Below are positions 1-9,451 of a stretch of 64,000 nt of DNA, in pieces; the stretch's first letter is position 1, and the number at the start of each line of letters is the position of its first letter. The stretch is from a virus. The position numbers and the translations under genes are program-made. A model generated the notes under the pieces. It ran no database searches. It worked only from the letters and a program-made list of their open reading frames with translations, and had not been told where the DNA came from. The stretch is from IMG/VR virus record IMGVR_UViG_3300031251_000967, positions 1 to 64,000 of that record. One strand, given 5' to 3'.

Positions 1-114
1 CTCCGCTAGGACCTTCGTGATCGCCGCCGTCAGCGACGTCTTCCCGTGATCCACGTGCCCGATCGTCCCGATGTTGCAGTGCGGTTTCGTCCGCGCAAAC
101 TTCGCCTTCGCCAT
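1..114 (-). CDS. tuf: Elongation factor Tu, 5' part (runs off window)
   Basis: Reverse strand reads [38 protein letters not shown], the EF-Tu G1 motif. Confidence 0.97.
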   Translation of the reverse strand, partial: MAKAKFARTKPHCNIGTIGHVDHGKTSLTAAITKVLAE

Positions 115-178
115 TTGTCCCGGCTTCCTGATCCCGAGTACGACGTTACATTCAACCTGTGCGCCGAAGCGGCGGCGT

Positions 179-252
<74 letters not shown>

Positions 253-311
253 CCGTACAACCGCGCTTCTCCGCCCGTCGGGCTCCCGTCTACAGCCCTC
301 GAAAGGCCGCG

Positions 312-397
312 TGGTGGAGGGGGTAGGATTCGAACCTACGTAGACTTCCGTCGGCAGATTTACAGTCTGCTGCCATTGACCGCTCGGCCACCCCTCC
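312..397 (-). tRNA. tRNA-Tyr(GTA)
   Basis: GGAGGGG...GCAGA-CTGTAAA-TCTGC, long variable arm, GGTTCGAATCC, CCA end. Confidence 0.97.
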
Positions 398-585
398 GCA
401 AGGCCGCATTGCCCGGCGCAGCGGAGACGCGCCAGATAAGGTTTTCGCGCTGCTTTGTCAACAGTGCGAACGCGCTACGGCTATTGTCGGCCGCACTGCG
501 GCGCGGCGTCGGCCAGCCGCGGGAAATCCCTTGCGGCGGCACCGCGATGCCGCGACCTTGTCGCGCCACAGAACGACGGACCGCG

Positions 586-1554
586 ATGCGCAAGCAGCAC
601 CCACCCGGCGGCGCCGGCCGCAGCAAGCCGAGGACGAACCGCCCCACCGCCGACCGCGGCGCCGCAGGCGGCACGGGCAGACCCCGCACGCCGCGCCCTC
701 CGGCCGACCGCGCCGCCTCCGCCGCCCCTGCACCCGTCGCGCACGGCCAGGACCGGCGCCCCGCCGCCGCGAGCGCGGCCGCCGACCGCGGCGGCTTCGA
801 CCGCAACGCCTGGATCTATGGACGACACGCGGTGGCCGCCGCGCTCGCCAACCCGGCGCGGCGCTGCCGGCGGCTCGCCGCGCTGCCGGAAACCGCGGCG
901 GAGCTTCAGGCGCTGCTCGCGGAAGCTGCGGCGAAGCTGACGCGCGACGCCGAGGTGCGGACGGTGACGCGCGAGGAGATGACGGCGCTGCTGCCGCCCG
1001 GCGCCGTCCACCAGGGTCTGGCGCTCGCCGCCGATCCGCTCCCGGCAGCCGACATCGAGGACGTGATCGACCGCGCGGCGGCCGGCGCGGCGCGGGCGCT
1101 CGTCGTCGTGCTCGACCAAGTAAGCGATCCGCACAATGTCGGCGCGGTGCTGCGCTCCGCCGCCGCCTTCGGCGCGCTCGCCGTCGTCGTGCCGGAGCAC
1201 GGCGCGCCGCCGGTCACCGGAGCGCTCGCCAAGGCGGCGTCGGGCGGGCTGGAGCACGTCGCGCTGGTCCGCGTCGTCAACCTCGCGCGCAGCCTCGACC
1301 GGCTGAAGGAAGCCGGGTTCTGGTGTATCGGCCTCGACGGCGCGGCCGAACGCAGCCTCGCCGAAGCGGCGCCGGACGACGGCCGGATCGTCCTGGTCCT
1401 CGGCTCCGAGGGCGCCGGACTGCGCCGGCTGACGCGCGAGCGGTGCGACCTGCTGGCGCGGCTGCCGACGCGCGGGCCGGTCGCGTCCCTCAACGTCTCG
1501 AACGCCGCCGCGGTGGCCCTCTACGAGATCGCCCGGCGGAGCGGCACGCCGTGA
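586..1554 (+). CDS. rlmB: 23S rRNA Gm2251 2'-O-methyltransferase RlmB (SpoU family)
   Basis: IYGRHAV, LDQVSDPHNVGAVLRSA, LGSEGAG, SLNVSNA motifs; synteny with tRNA-Tyr/Gly/tuf; start chosen downstream of tRNA-Tyr. Confidence 0.92.
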   Translation: MRKQHPPGGAGRSKPRTNRPTADRGAAGGTGRPRTPRPPADRAASAAPAPVAHGQDRRPAAASAAADRGGFDRNAWIYGRHAVAAALANPARRCRRLAALPETAAELQALLAEAAAKLTRDAEVRTVTREEMTALLPPGAVHQGLALAADPLPAADIEDVIDRAAAGAARALVVVLDQVSDPHNVGAVLRSAAAFGALAVVVPEHGAPPVTGALAKAASGGLEHVALVRVVNLARSLDRLKEAGFWCIGLDGAAERSLAEAAPDDGRIVLVLGSEGAGLRRLTRERCDLLARLPTRGPVASLNVSNAAAVALYEIARRSGTP

Positions 1555-2021
1555 CCGCAAGCGACTCCGACGCGCCGCCGCCGGGCCGCCTTTGCGCCGC
1601 CGGCCTCCTTGTCACGCCGGACGGCCGCTACCTGATGCAGCTGCGCGACGACAAGCCGCGGATCTTCCTGCCGGGCCATTGGGGGCTGTTCGGCGGCAGC
1701 ATCGATCCCGGCGAGGACGCCGCGGCGGCAATGCGCCGCGAGTTGTCCGAGGAGCTGGAGTTCGCCGCCCGGTCGGTCCGTATCTTCACCGACATGACCA
1801 TCGGCCTGCCGCTCCCGGACGCGCCGCGCAATGACCGGCTGATCTTCTTCGAGGTGCCGGTCGAGGAGGCGGACATCGCGCGCATGGTGCTACACGAAGG
1901 CTCGGCGATGCGGCTGTTCCGCCCGGAGGCGCTGACGGCGGAGCCGCGGGTGGCGCCGTGGGATCTCGCCGCCGTGCTGATGCATGCGCGGCAGGCAACG
2001 CTGTTCCGGCGGAAGGAATGA
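1551..2021 (+). CDS. NUDIX hydrolase
   Basis: Nudix box GGSIDPGEDAAAAMRRELSEELEF; GTG start overlaps rlmB stop. Confidence 0.88.
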   Translation: MTASDSDAPPPGRLCAAGLLVTPDGRYLMQLRDDKPRIFLPGHWGLFGGSIDPGEDAAAAMRRELSEELEFAARSVRIFTDMTIGLPLPDAPRNDRLIFFEVPVEEADIARMVLHEGSAMRLFRPEALTAEPRVAPWDLAAVLMHARQATLFRRKE

Positions 2022-2097
2022 GTCGGCCGGCTTGAGCGCCGGCGGTGCGCCCTGTAGTCTCGGCGCGCCGGTCGCTCGCAGCGCCGACACGCGGCTC

Positions 2098-2172
2098 GCC
2101 GGGTTAGCACAGTGGTAGTGCAGCGGTTTTGTAAACCGAAGGTCGGGGGTTCGAATCCCTCACCCGGCACCA
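2098..2172 (+). tRNA. tRNA-Thr(TGT); probable prophage attachment locus
   Basis: GCCGGGT...CGGT-TTTGTAA-ACCG...GGTTCGAATCC...CACCA; phage genes start immediately downstream. Confidence 0.96.
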
Positions 2173-2333
2173 GCGAAAAGCGCTGAATTCCTAGGGTTTT
2201 CGGGGAATTTCGGACTGCGCAGAGCGCGCCATAACTGCGAAAGGGCACGTTTCAGGCGCGCACAAAAACAAGCACAGTTTGTTCCCAATTCGTTCGCGGC
2301 GGATCGGCTTGCGGAGATGCGGCGGGGTGTCGC

Positions 2334-2954
2334 ATGAGCGCGCTCCGGCATTCCTTTCCGCTGCGCTGGCCGATTGGCCGCGAGCGCACGCACCCCGCCA
2401 AGTGGGTGCGCCCGGTCTTCTCCGTCACGCCGGCCAAGGCGTTGGCCTCGCTGATCGAGGAATTGCGTCGGCTCCGGGTGAGCGAGGCCGAGTTGACGGC
2501 GAACATCCCCATCCGCAAGGACGGCACGTTCTATGCGTCGGCGGGAGAGCCGGACGACCCCGGTATCGCCGTCTACATAAAGCGGCGCGGCAAGGCGGGC
2601 GTCTTCGCGCTCGACCACTACGGCTCGTTCTATGGCAACGTCCGCGGGCTGGCACTGTCTATCGAGGCCATGCGCGCTATCGAGCGGCACGGCGGCGCGA
2701 TGATGATGGAGGCGGCGCTTGCGGGCGCGGCCGGGATGCTCCCGCCACCCGGCGCGTCTCCTGTCGCGGTCGAACGCGCTCCGGAGCCTTGGTTCACGGT
2801 TCTGGGCGTCTTCCCCGAAGCGCCGATCGAGGTTGCCGAGGCCGCTTACCGGGCGCTGGCAAAGAAGGCTCACCCCGACGCTGGCGGCTCGTCGGAGGCC
2901 ATGGGCCGCCTTTCCCGCGCGATCGAAGAAGCCCGCGCGCGCGGTGCCGCATGA
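2334..2954 (+). CDS. Phage protein with C-terminal J-domain
   Basis: WFTVLGV...AYRALAKKAHPDAGGS with HPD motif. Confidence 0.85.
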   Translation: MSALRHSFPLRWPIGRERTHPAKWVRPVFSVTPAKALASLIEELRRLRVSEAELTANIPIRKDGTFYASAGEPDDPGIAVYIKRRGKAGVFALDHYGSFYGNVRGLALSIEAMRAIERHGGAMMMEAALAGAAGMLPPPGASPVAVERAPEPWFTVLGVFPEAPIEVAEAAYRALAKKAHPDAGGSSEAMGRLSRAIEEARARGAA

Positions 2955-2994
2955 TGTCCCGCTCCCCCACCCCGTACGCGGCGGGGCGTTCGGC

Positions 2995-3252
2995 ATGAGC
3001 GCCACCCGTCTTACCCCCGCCATGAAGCGCGTCATGCGCAATCTGCACGAAGGCCGCAAAGCGGATCATGGCGTCAGCGGCATGTCGGCGCACGGCGGCT
3101 TGATGAGCACCGTATACGCGCTCATCCGGCGCGGATGGGTCGACGCGTACACCTGGGATTTCACGCCTGCCGGCAGGGACGCCGCAGCAGCGCTGTTTGC
3201 GCGAGCGCCCGAAACGACCGGCGCCTCGTCTCGGGGAGGGAAGGAACCATGA
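2995..3252 (+). CDS. Hypothetical protein, winged-helix-like
   Basis: TVYALIRRGWVDAYTWDFTPAGR pattern; coupled to next gene. Confidence 0.55.
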   Translation: MSATRLTPAMKRVMRNLHEGRKADHGVSGMSAHGGLMSTVYALIRRGWVDAYTWDFTPAGRDAAAALFARAPETTGASSRGGKEP

Positions 3253-3479
3253 ACCAGCTATTCAGCCCCGACCAAGCGCCGCGTAGGCCCCGCCGGGTGA
3301 TGATGCACGTCGTCGACGCCGGGCAAGGCATGGTCGAGCTTCAATGTGCGGCATGCGGCCACAACACGGGCTGGGTTCAGTCGCGCACCGTCACTGAGGA
3401 GAGGCGCGGGCGGCCTTGCCCGAACTGCAACCCGGAAAGCATTCTCGCACCCCGCCCGGCTCGGGGAGGTGAGCGGTGA
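3249..3479 (+). CDS. Small zinc-finger protein
   Basis: CAACGH...CPNC; AAGGAA RBS; ATGA overlap. Confidence 0.65.
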   Translation: MNQLFSPDQAPRRPRRVMMHVVDAGQGMVELQCAACGHNTGWVQSRTVTEERRGRPCPNCNPESILAPRPARGGER

Positions 3480-3670
3480 ACCAGAAACCTGAAATCGACC
3501 GCGAGAGCTACCGCGCGATGCTCAGCGAGCTGGTGACCGAATTCAAGAAGACGTGCGACTTCATGGGCGTTGAGGAGGAGCACCGCGCACCCGAGTACAT
3601 CGGCGATATGACCGACGTATTCGGCGAGATTATCGAGCGCTATGTCGCCGTGCGAGGCACCCCATCATGA
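3476..3670 (+). CDS. Hypothetical phage protein
   Basis: GGAGG RBS; overlapping start/stop chain. Confidence 0.6.
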   Translation: MNQKPEIDRESYRAMLSELVTEFKKTCDFMGVEEEHRAPEYIGDMTDVFGEIIERYVAVRGTPS

Positions 3671-3837
3671 CCGCGCCTCCCGGAGGGGACGAGACCCTGA
3701 CCGAACTGATGCGCCGCGTCACCGAGGAAGCGCGCAGAGAAATCAAAGCGGCGTTCAGGCGAGGAGCCGGACTGCCAGAGATCTCGGCCGGCCGCTCTGC
3801 GCTGGTCGCGACGACCGAAACGAAGGAGTAGGACATC

Positions 3838-4089
3838 ATGTGCCAAGCAACCGAGACCTTCACGTGCGAGCACTGCGAGAAGGATCTCCCGATTGAGCAG
3901 CGGGTCGCGCACGTCGACGTGTACATGTGCGAGGGCTGCACCGCCGGGTGGCGGAAGGAATTTGAGGCGTGCCGGCACGATTGGGAGCCATACAGCGCCG
4001 ACGGCGAGGACGGACAGTACTGTCGGAACTGCCATCATTTCGTGGCGGATGACGTGTTCGCGGATCTGTTCCCGCAGACCACATCATGA
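3838..4089 (+). CDS. Cys-rich zinc-binding protein
   Basis: CEHC, CEGC, CRNC; AGGA RBS. Confidence 0.65.
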   Translation: MCQATETFTCEHCEKDLPIEQRVAHVDVYMCEGCTAGWRKEFEACRHDWEPYSADGEDGQYCRNCHHFVADDVFADLFPQTTS

Positions 4090-4562
4090 CCGCTCCCTCC
4101 GACACCGCCCGCCGCGCCGCCGACGATGAAACGACATGGCGCTTCGACGAGGAGCGGGAACCCTGCGGAGAGGCCGGCAAGCTGGAACCAGTGTTCTGGG
4201 GCGACATCCTGAGCAAGTCGGCGCCAGACCTGTCCGACTGCCTCGCCGTCCAGGTGCCGACGCACCCCTGGTTCCTGATCGTCTGGGAACCGCTGCCGAC
4301 CGACGCACCTGGACCGCATCTGGTACAGCCGTACTGCTGCTATGCCAGAACAGTGATCTTCTACGATCGCTCGTGGACGGTAGACCCGGCGCACGGCGGG
4401 TTCAAGGACTACGGGAAGATCGAAACCCGGCTGAGCTGCTGGACCGACGCTCTCCGGTTCAACGGTGAGGAGTTCACGAGCGGCGGCGGCCGTGTCGTCT
4501 GGCGGCAGAACCGCTGGTGGATGCTCCATTGGGCGCGGAGGAAATCCCGTGACGCAGCGTGA
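4086..4562 (+). CDS. Hypothetical Trp-rich phage protein
   Basis: 158-aa ORF with ATGA coupling. Confidence 0.6.
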   Translation: MTAPSDTARRAADDETTWRFDEEREPCGEAGKLEPVFWGDILSKSAPDLSDCLAVQVPTHPWFLIVWEPLPTDAPGPHLVQPYCCYARTVIFYDRSWTVDPAHGGFKDYGKIETRLSCWTDALRFNGEEFTSGGGRVVWRQNRWWMLHWARRKSRDAA

Positions 4563-4941
4563 TCCCGTCGCCCGCCGCGCCGCCGAACGTGCCTATGCCG
4601 AGTACGCCAAGAAAGGCTATGGCCTGCTGATCGGCTACAGCCTACAGGATCTGCTCGGCGAGCTGGGACCGGCTGTAGCGGAAATCGTCGGGCGGTTCTG
4701 CGAAGGGCCGGGGAGCACAAAAGAGACGGGCGCCGATGTCCGCACCCTCGTCCTGACGATCCCGGCCGACGTCGCCGACGAACTAGACGTCGCGGTAGGG
4801 CGATCGGCTTGGCCCGACGCGACAGCGGAATCGATGGCGGCTGCGGTTCTCTGCGCTTGGGCACGGCGAGTGCGACGGGATCGTGAAGTATCCGGCGAAG
4901 GGCCGGGAGCGAGCGATCAGGATGAGGCCGAACGCTCTTGA
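4549..4941 (+). CDS. Hypothetical phage protein
   Basis: GGAGG RBS before GTG. Confidence 0.5.
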   Translation: MTQRDPVARRAAERAYAEYAKKGYGLLIGYSLQDLLGELGPAVAEIVGRFCEGPGSTKETGADVRTLVLTIPADVADELDVAVGRSAWPDATAESMAAAVLCAWARRVRRDREVSGEGPGASDQDEAERS

Positions 4942-5153
4942 CCCACCGCCGCGATCCACCTGTCCCGCTGCTCCGGGGTCATGATCTCCCAGGCGAGGAT
5001 CACGGCGATGTACGGCCCCGGCGCGTCGGCGGTTTGCCGCTCGCCAGCGAGGGAACGGCCGACCGAGTTCTCGTTCCGCCCCGTCAGTTTGGCGATGAGC
5101 TTCTGTGTGAGGCCGGCGGCGCGGGCACGGGCTTGCCAAGGTGCGTCCTTCAT
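4917..5153 (-). CDS. Small HTH regulator
   Basis: ARAAGLTQKLIAKLTGRNENSVGRSL, XRE-like HTH. Confidence 0.7.
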   Translation of the reverse strand: MKDAPWQARARAAGLTQKLIAKLTGRNENSVGRSLAGERQTADAPGPYIAVILAWEIMTPEQRDRWIAAVGQERSASS

Positions 5154-5179
5154 GCCGCCAGCATCGCACGCGAGAAAAG

Positions 5180-5231
5180 TCTACGCAACGATGATTTTGC
5201 GCTTGCATCACTTATCGACGATGCGTAGATT
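5180..5231 (+). promoter_or_regulatory. sigma70-like promoter overlapped by an inverted repeat
   Basis: TTGCAT(5203-5208)-N17-TAGATT(5226-5231); TCTACGCA 5180-5187 / TGCGTAGA 5222-5229. Confidence 0.6.
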
Positions 5232-5248
5232 AATCCCATCAGAGAGCG

Positions 5249-5431
5249 ATGGAGACAGCGATGACGGCGACCTTCGAGATGAACGGCAAAACCTACCAGA
5301 CCGATACCGAGACCTTGGCCGTGCTCCGCAGCGTCATCCCCTCGGCGAAGGCGGCGAACGACTTTAGCGCGGTCGCGGCGATCATGATCCTCGGACAGGA
5401 GACCGGCAGCATTGTCGAGGCGGGGGAGTGA
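5249..5431 (+). CDS. Hypothetical phage protein
   Basis: Downstream of promoter; GGAG RBS favours ATG at 5261. Confidence 0.65.
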   Translation: METAMTATFEMNGKTYQTDTETLAVLRSVIPSAKAANDFSAVAAIMILGQETGSIVEAGE

Positions 5432-5596
5432 GCCCCGCCGCCATCGAATGCGGCTTCTGCGGGCATAGGCCCGGCGATAAATGCCCCGAGGCGCACGCTT
5501 GGCGGGGCGGAGCCGTGGTCGCCGTCGACCGACCGGCGCCGTGCTTCCCGGAGCCGAGATGCGAAGGGCCGGGAGCGGATCAGGAAAGAGGAGAAC

Positions 5597-5800
5597 GTGA
5601 TGGGAAACACTGAGGAATGGCTGCGCTTGCAGATCGACCGCGAAGAGCGCGTCGCCAAGCACTTCCGTGACGAGCTGGCCCGCAGGGTGGCTGTCCGTGA
5701 GCGGGCTATCGCCGTGGATCGCGAGGTTTTCACGAAGTGCGCACAGGAGGCGGACGAGCGGGCTGCTGAGTTGCGCAGCAGGCTCAACGGTGTCGCATGA
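5597..5800 (+). CDS. Coiled-coil hypothetical protein
   Basis: GAGGAG RBS; charged helical sequence. Confidence 0.6.
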   Translation: MMGNTEEWLRLQIDREERVAKHFRDELARRVAVRERAIAVDREVFTKCAQEADERAAELRSRLNGVA

Positions 5801-6048
5801 TGCCCTCTGATCTCCCCGCAGCGCCGGGGGAGCCGCACATCGACCCGTTCGTGAATTCGGTGTGGTGCCTGATTTTCTCGATGATCGAGCGCGGCGTCGA
5901 CGGGTCTGAACCGTGGTGGGGTCAGGACTTCCTCATGGTGAAGCGCGCCCTTGAGGAACTGGGGCTCAACTGTGATCCGAACGCCGTGACGCTCGATGTT
6001 GATGCCCCTCCCGATCTTCGCCGCACCGGCGAGAGCGACACACAGTGA
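5797..6048 (+). CDS. Hypothetical phage protein
   Basis: ATGA coupling. Confidence 0.55.
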   Translation: MMPSDLPAAPGEPHIDPFVNSVWCLIFSMIERGVDGSEPWWGQDFLMVKRALEELGLNCDPNAVTLDVDAPPDLRRTGESDTQ

Positions 6049-6350
6049 CGAGGAGAACGTTATGATAGAACCGCATGGCGTTATTCGCTACCGCCTTGGC
6101 GGTAAGCGGGCGGAGTTCCATCGGCTGGCGGTCCTTAGACCGCGGCTCGCGCGTGGCGGCCGTCTCGGACGCGGTAAGAAGCGCGGGCACACAGCGCTTG
6201 TCCGGTTGCGCCGTGGGGCAGTCACTTTCCGATGGACGCCGCTACCCCGTCCGCCCTTCCGCCGACGGCACATGAAGAGCCGCGAGCGCCAGTTCGACCG
6301 GATCTACTCGCGCCAGCGCTGACGGCGCCCGTCATGCTATCCTCTCCCGC

Positions 6351-6623
6351 ATGCCCCGGTGGAACGACATTCCGCCCTGGCCCGGCTACACCCTCGCCTC
6401 GTTAGCGGCCGTACATCACGATATCGCAGTACGGTGTGGTGCCTGCGGGAAGCATGGGAAGCCGATCCGGCCGGACGATCTCATTCCCCGCTTCGGTCCC
6501 GACTTCTGGTTGCGGGATCTCGTCAAGTATCTTGTGTGCGCAGGGTGCGGGGAACGATCGGCGGAGATCCAGATCGCGGTACGGCACGAGATGACGTACT
6601 CACGGCTGTTGAGGGACGATTAG
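6351..6623 (+). CDS. Zinc-ribbon protein
   Basis: CGACGKH...LVCAGCGER. Confidence 0.7.
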   Translation: MPRWNDIPPWPGYTLASLAAVHHDIAVRCGACGKHGKPIRPDDLIPRFGPDFWLRDLVKYLVCAGCGERSAEIQIAVRHEMTYSRLLRDD

Positions 6624-6684
6624 CTGTTGCTTTGCTCGGCAGGATGGGGCAGTAGCGGAAGAAACCCGAAGCAGAGTCACTGCC

Positions 6685-6870
6685 ATGACTGAAGTTGTTT
6701 CATGCGTCTTGGCTATCTTGGTCCACCCGGCAGGCCCGATTGTTTTCACTTTCGGGCTGGTCGCGGCAGCATGCGCTTTGACGGTGATCCGCGTTGTGCT
6801 CCCGTGGAACCGGCTTACCGATCGAGAGCGCGAAGAGGTGATCCGCCGTCTCGGCGGACATCGTAAATAA
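6685..6870 (+). CDS. Small membrane protein
   Basis: Hydrophobic N-terminal half, basic tail. Confidence 0.5.
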   Translation: MTEVVSCVLAILVHPAGPIVFTFGLVAAACALTVIRVVLPWNRLTDREREEVIRRLGGHRK

Positions 6871-6938
6871 GGCGGGCGAGGCCCAGTACGTCACCCCCGA
6901 TCCGGCGAAAGCCCTGTCCGATATCCTGAGGTAAACTG

Positions 6939-7301
6939 ATGAGCACGTTGCAAGTTGGGCAGACGCTGTGGTTCGTGCCGTTCCGGAGCTACAACGGACA
7001 GCCGCGGGAACTTCCCGTGACGAAGATCGGCCGGAAGTGGGGAGAGTTGGAAAATGGCCGATATCGGTTCGATCTTCAGACGCTTCAGGTGGACTGCAAC
7101 GGGCACTCGCGCCCCGGCGTCCTGTACACTGACCGTGCAATATGGGAAGCGAAAGAGGCCGCCGACGGCGCGTGGCGATCGTTCACGACGCAGTTCGTTC
7201 GGTTGCGCCACCGCCCGCCACACCTGACCGCCGATCGCATCCGGGAAGCAGCCTCATTGCTGGGGTTCGATATCCACCTGAGGGACGGAGAGAAACAGTG
7301 A
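6939..7301 (+). CDS. Small beta-barrel phage protein
   Basis: LQVGQTLWFV...VTKIGRKW SH3-like pattern; GAGG RBS. Confidence 0.7.
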   Translation: MSTLQVGQTLWFVPFRSYNGQPRELPVTKIGRKWGELENGRYRFDLQTLQVDCNGHSRPGVLYTDRAIWEAKEAADGAWRSFTTQFVRLRHRPPHLTADRIREAASLLGFDIHLRDGEKQ

Positions 7302-7636
7302 GCGACGCAACGGGGCCGATCACGCGCGAGGAGATGGTCGAGCTATTCGGCGCGGAGATGCCGATAGAGGCCGTCAACGCCGTGTGGAACGCTCCGCCGG
7401 ATTGGACGACCGGCGACGTCCGGGCCGAGTTGCGCCGTCTTGCCGAGCAAAAGAAAGCGGCAGTGCCAGAACGTAGCCCGGCCGGCATGGTCTGGATGGA
7501 CCTCTGCCGCAAATTCGCCGACGCTGCCGGGAAGGACGATCAGGAGCGAATGGACTTCCTTATGGCGACCATGAAAGCGCTGGAGGAAGAATACCCTGAG
7601 CAGATCGCGGCCGAGAAGGCTCTTTGGGGCGGCTGA
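7298..7636 (+). CDS. Hypothetical phage protein
   Basis: GGAG RBS, GTGA overlap. Confidence 0.6.
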   Translation: MSDATGPITREEMVELFGAEMPIEAVNAVWNAPPDWTTGDVRAELRRLAEQKKAAVPERSPAGMVWMDLCRKFADAAGKDDQERMDFLMATMKALEEEYPEQIAAEKALWGG

Positions 7637-7747
7637 TCGTGCCCGTAAGCCCTCGTCAGCAGCGCCGCTCTCTCATACAGGGATGTATCGGTCTAGCGAT
7701 CGTGGCGCTGTACGGGATGTATCGGTGGATCATGGGGTGAGGATGAG

Positions 7748-7939
7748 ATGCTGAACCCGCGACCAACTCATATTCGCGCCGAATGGCTCTTGGCTGGCAT
7801 GTTCACCTATCGCATCGTCTACGAGAATGGCGCCGAATCACCCGAACTGACGGCCGGCCAAGCGGTCGACATCCTGTGCCAAGCTGGCGTTACTGATCCG
7901 ATCGGCAAGCTGAAACAAGCCCAAGGCGCAGGCCCCTAG
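7748..7939 (+). CDS. Hypothetical protein (last plus-strand gene before the convergent late operon)
   Basis: GAGGA RBS. Confidence 0.55.
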   Translation: MLNPRPTHIRAEWLLAGMFTYRIVYENGAESPELTAGQAVDILCQAGVTDPIGKLKQAQGAGP

Positions 7940-8136
7940 GCCTCCCTCTTCTCCCTTCCCACCGGCTCACATCTCCACCCTGATAGCATCCACTTCGGGT
8001 GGTCCGCAAGGAACTGAGCGGCTTGTATCTGACCATGTATGGCGCAGGCCATCGGCAGGACAGCCTCGTAGGGTCTGTGCTCCTCGCAGCGGGACGGATC
8101 CGCTGCGAGGCACATCAGAATGACGAGCGTGGTCAC
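7936..8136 (-). CDS. Small Cys-containing protein
   Basis: LVILMCLAADPSRCEE...C...WRC; GTGA overlap with upstream gene. Confidence 0.65.
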   Translation of the reverse strand: MTTLVILMCLAADPSRCEEHRPYEAVLPMACAIHGQIQAAQFLADHPKWMLSGWRCEPVGREKREA

Positions 8137-8315
8137 GCCGGGGGAACCGGCTGGCGCAGCACCAGCGGTGCCACGGCCGCCCACAGGCGAAGGTTCTGTT
8201 CGTCGTTGATCTGACCGGTGGCGACGAGTTCACGGCTCACGGCGACGAACTGCGCCGCCTCTGGGATGGTTGCGAGGGTGAGCGCGATGCGGAGGGCGGA
8301 TGCGGGAGTGTCCAT
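8133..8315 (-). CDS. Hypothetical protein
   Basis: Colinear in lysis operon. Confidence 0.5.
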   Translation of the reverse strand: MDTPASALRIALTLATIPEAAQFVAVSRELVATGQINDEQNLRLWAAVAPLVLRQPVPPA

Positions 8316-8327
8316 GATTGAAGTCTT

Positions 8328-8519
8328 TCAGCGCGGAGGAGTTGAAGTCGGTGCGGCGGCGGCCAGCTCGCACCCGTGGTTCCGATTGATGTCGACCGTG
8401 AACCAGATGCTCGTCGCCTTGATGCAGATCGCGTTCGGATCGCTCGCCAGCGCCTGGAGATCGGGCGCGCAGCCGGCGAGGCACAAGGCCACGACGGCTG
8501 CGGGCAGTACGCGAATCAC
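8328..8519 (-). CDS. Small lipoprotein, o-spanin candidate
   Basis: Lipobox LAGC; GTG overlaps upstream stop. Confidence 0.6.
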   Translation of the reverse strand: MIRVLPAAVVALCLAGCAPDLQALASDPNAICIKATSIWFTVDINRNHGCELAAAAPTSTPPR

Positions 8520-8878
8520 GACCCTGCGGCCGGGGTGACAGCCTGCTTCTGCTTCGCCTCGGCGATCGCCAGCCCGACCTTCACGGCCGCGCCGTTGATC
8601 GCGATGATGGCGGACTTCAGGTCGACCGGCGCCGGCCCGGAGCACGCAGCGTCGGCGGCCTGCATCACCTGATAGAGGGTGCCGGTGGTATCGAGCGAGA
8701 GGCGGCCGGCAGCCACCTCCTGATCGAGTGTCGCCCGATCAGACAGGTAGACCCCGCAGGCAATGTCGATGGCGGTTGCTGCCTCCTGCTGCGGGGTAAC
8801 GGGCGTGCCGTCGGGATTGACGGTCGCACATGCGGAGAGAGCGGCGAGCGCCGCTACTGCGGCAAGGTACTTGCGCAT
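8516..8878 (-). CDS. Lipoprotein, spanin candidate
   Basis: MRKYLAAVAALAALSAC lipobox; GAGG RBS. Confidence 0.7.
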   Translation of the reverse strand: MRKYLAAVAALAALSACATVNPDGTPVTPQQEAATAIDIACGVYLSDRATLDQEVAAGRLSLDTTGTLYQVMQAADAACSGPAPVDLKSAIIAINGAAVKVGLAIAEAKQKQAVTPAAGS

Positions 8879-8896
8879 GATGATGATCCTCAGTGG

Positions 8897-9235
8897 TTAG
8901 GCTTGCGGAGACGCAGGCGGAGTGGCCGGCGTCGATGGAGCGGAAGGGGCGGGGATGGGATCGGCGGCAGGAGCGGGCGCGGCAGCCTGATTCGCCTGGA
9001 CGACGGCGTTGAACGCCTGCGCCAGCTTCAGCGCGAAGTCTTCAGCGGTCGCCGTGCCCTGCTTGTCGGGGACCGCGACGCCGAGCCCGCCGAGCGCCGC
9101 CAGCAGGACCGGGACGAACTTGAAGGGATCGTCCGGTGACAGTTTGAATCCGACGAACACGGCCACGAGCACGAGCACGAGGCCGAGCAGGGACGAAATC
9201 TCCTTCGTCCGGTCAAAGAGCTTGTAACCGTTCAT
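8897..9235 (-). CDS. Holin-like membrane protein
   Basis: Two TM helices, Pro/Ala tail, downstream of endolysin. Confidence 0.6.
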   Translation of the reverse strand: MNGYKLFDRTKEISSLLGLVLVLVAVFVGFKLSPDDPFKFVPVLLAALGGLGVAVPDKQGTATAEDFALKLAQAFNAVVQANQAAAPAPAADPIPAPSAPSTPATPPASPQA

Positions 9236-9299
9236 GATGTCTCTCTTGGTGGATTGCCCGATGACGCGTCGGGCGCGCGTGGTGTAGGATCGTTGCGAT

Positions 9300-9443
9300 G
9301 CTGCGGCTGCTGGGACGAACCAGCCTGCGAATGAGGCCGCCCGTGCTTACCCGCCCCTCAAAAGGTGAGCCCTTGGTGGGTAGGTGCGATTCAGTGGGCC
9401 ACCACATCAGAGGCGGTGCCGGTATCCAATCCGGTCCGTAGCA
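9300..9443 (+). ncRNA. tRNA-like structured RNA, copy A
   Basis: GCTGCGG/CCGTAGC-A stem; GCTGG-GACGAA-CCAGC arm; GCCGG-TATCCAAT-CCGGT arm; internal 14-bp GU-containing helix. Confidence 0.7.
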
Positions 9444-9451
9444 GTTACCGG

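Larger units (their letters stand above)
4700..5585 (+). repeat. Three copies of GCGAAGGGCCGGG(G)AGC (4700-4716, 4895-4922, 5561-5585)
   Basis: Direct comparison; copies 2 and 3 both continue into GATCAGGA. Confidence 0.8.
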
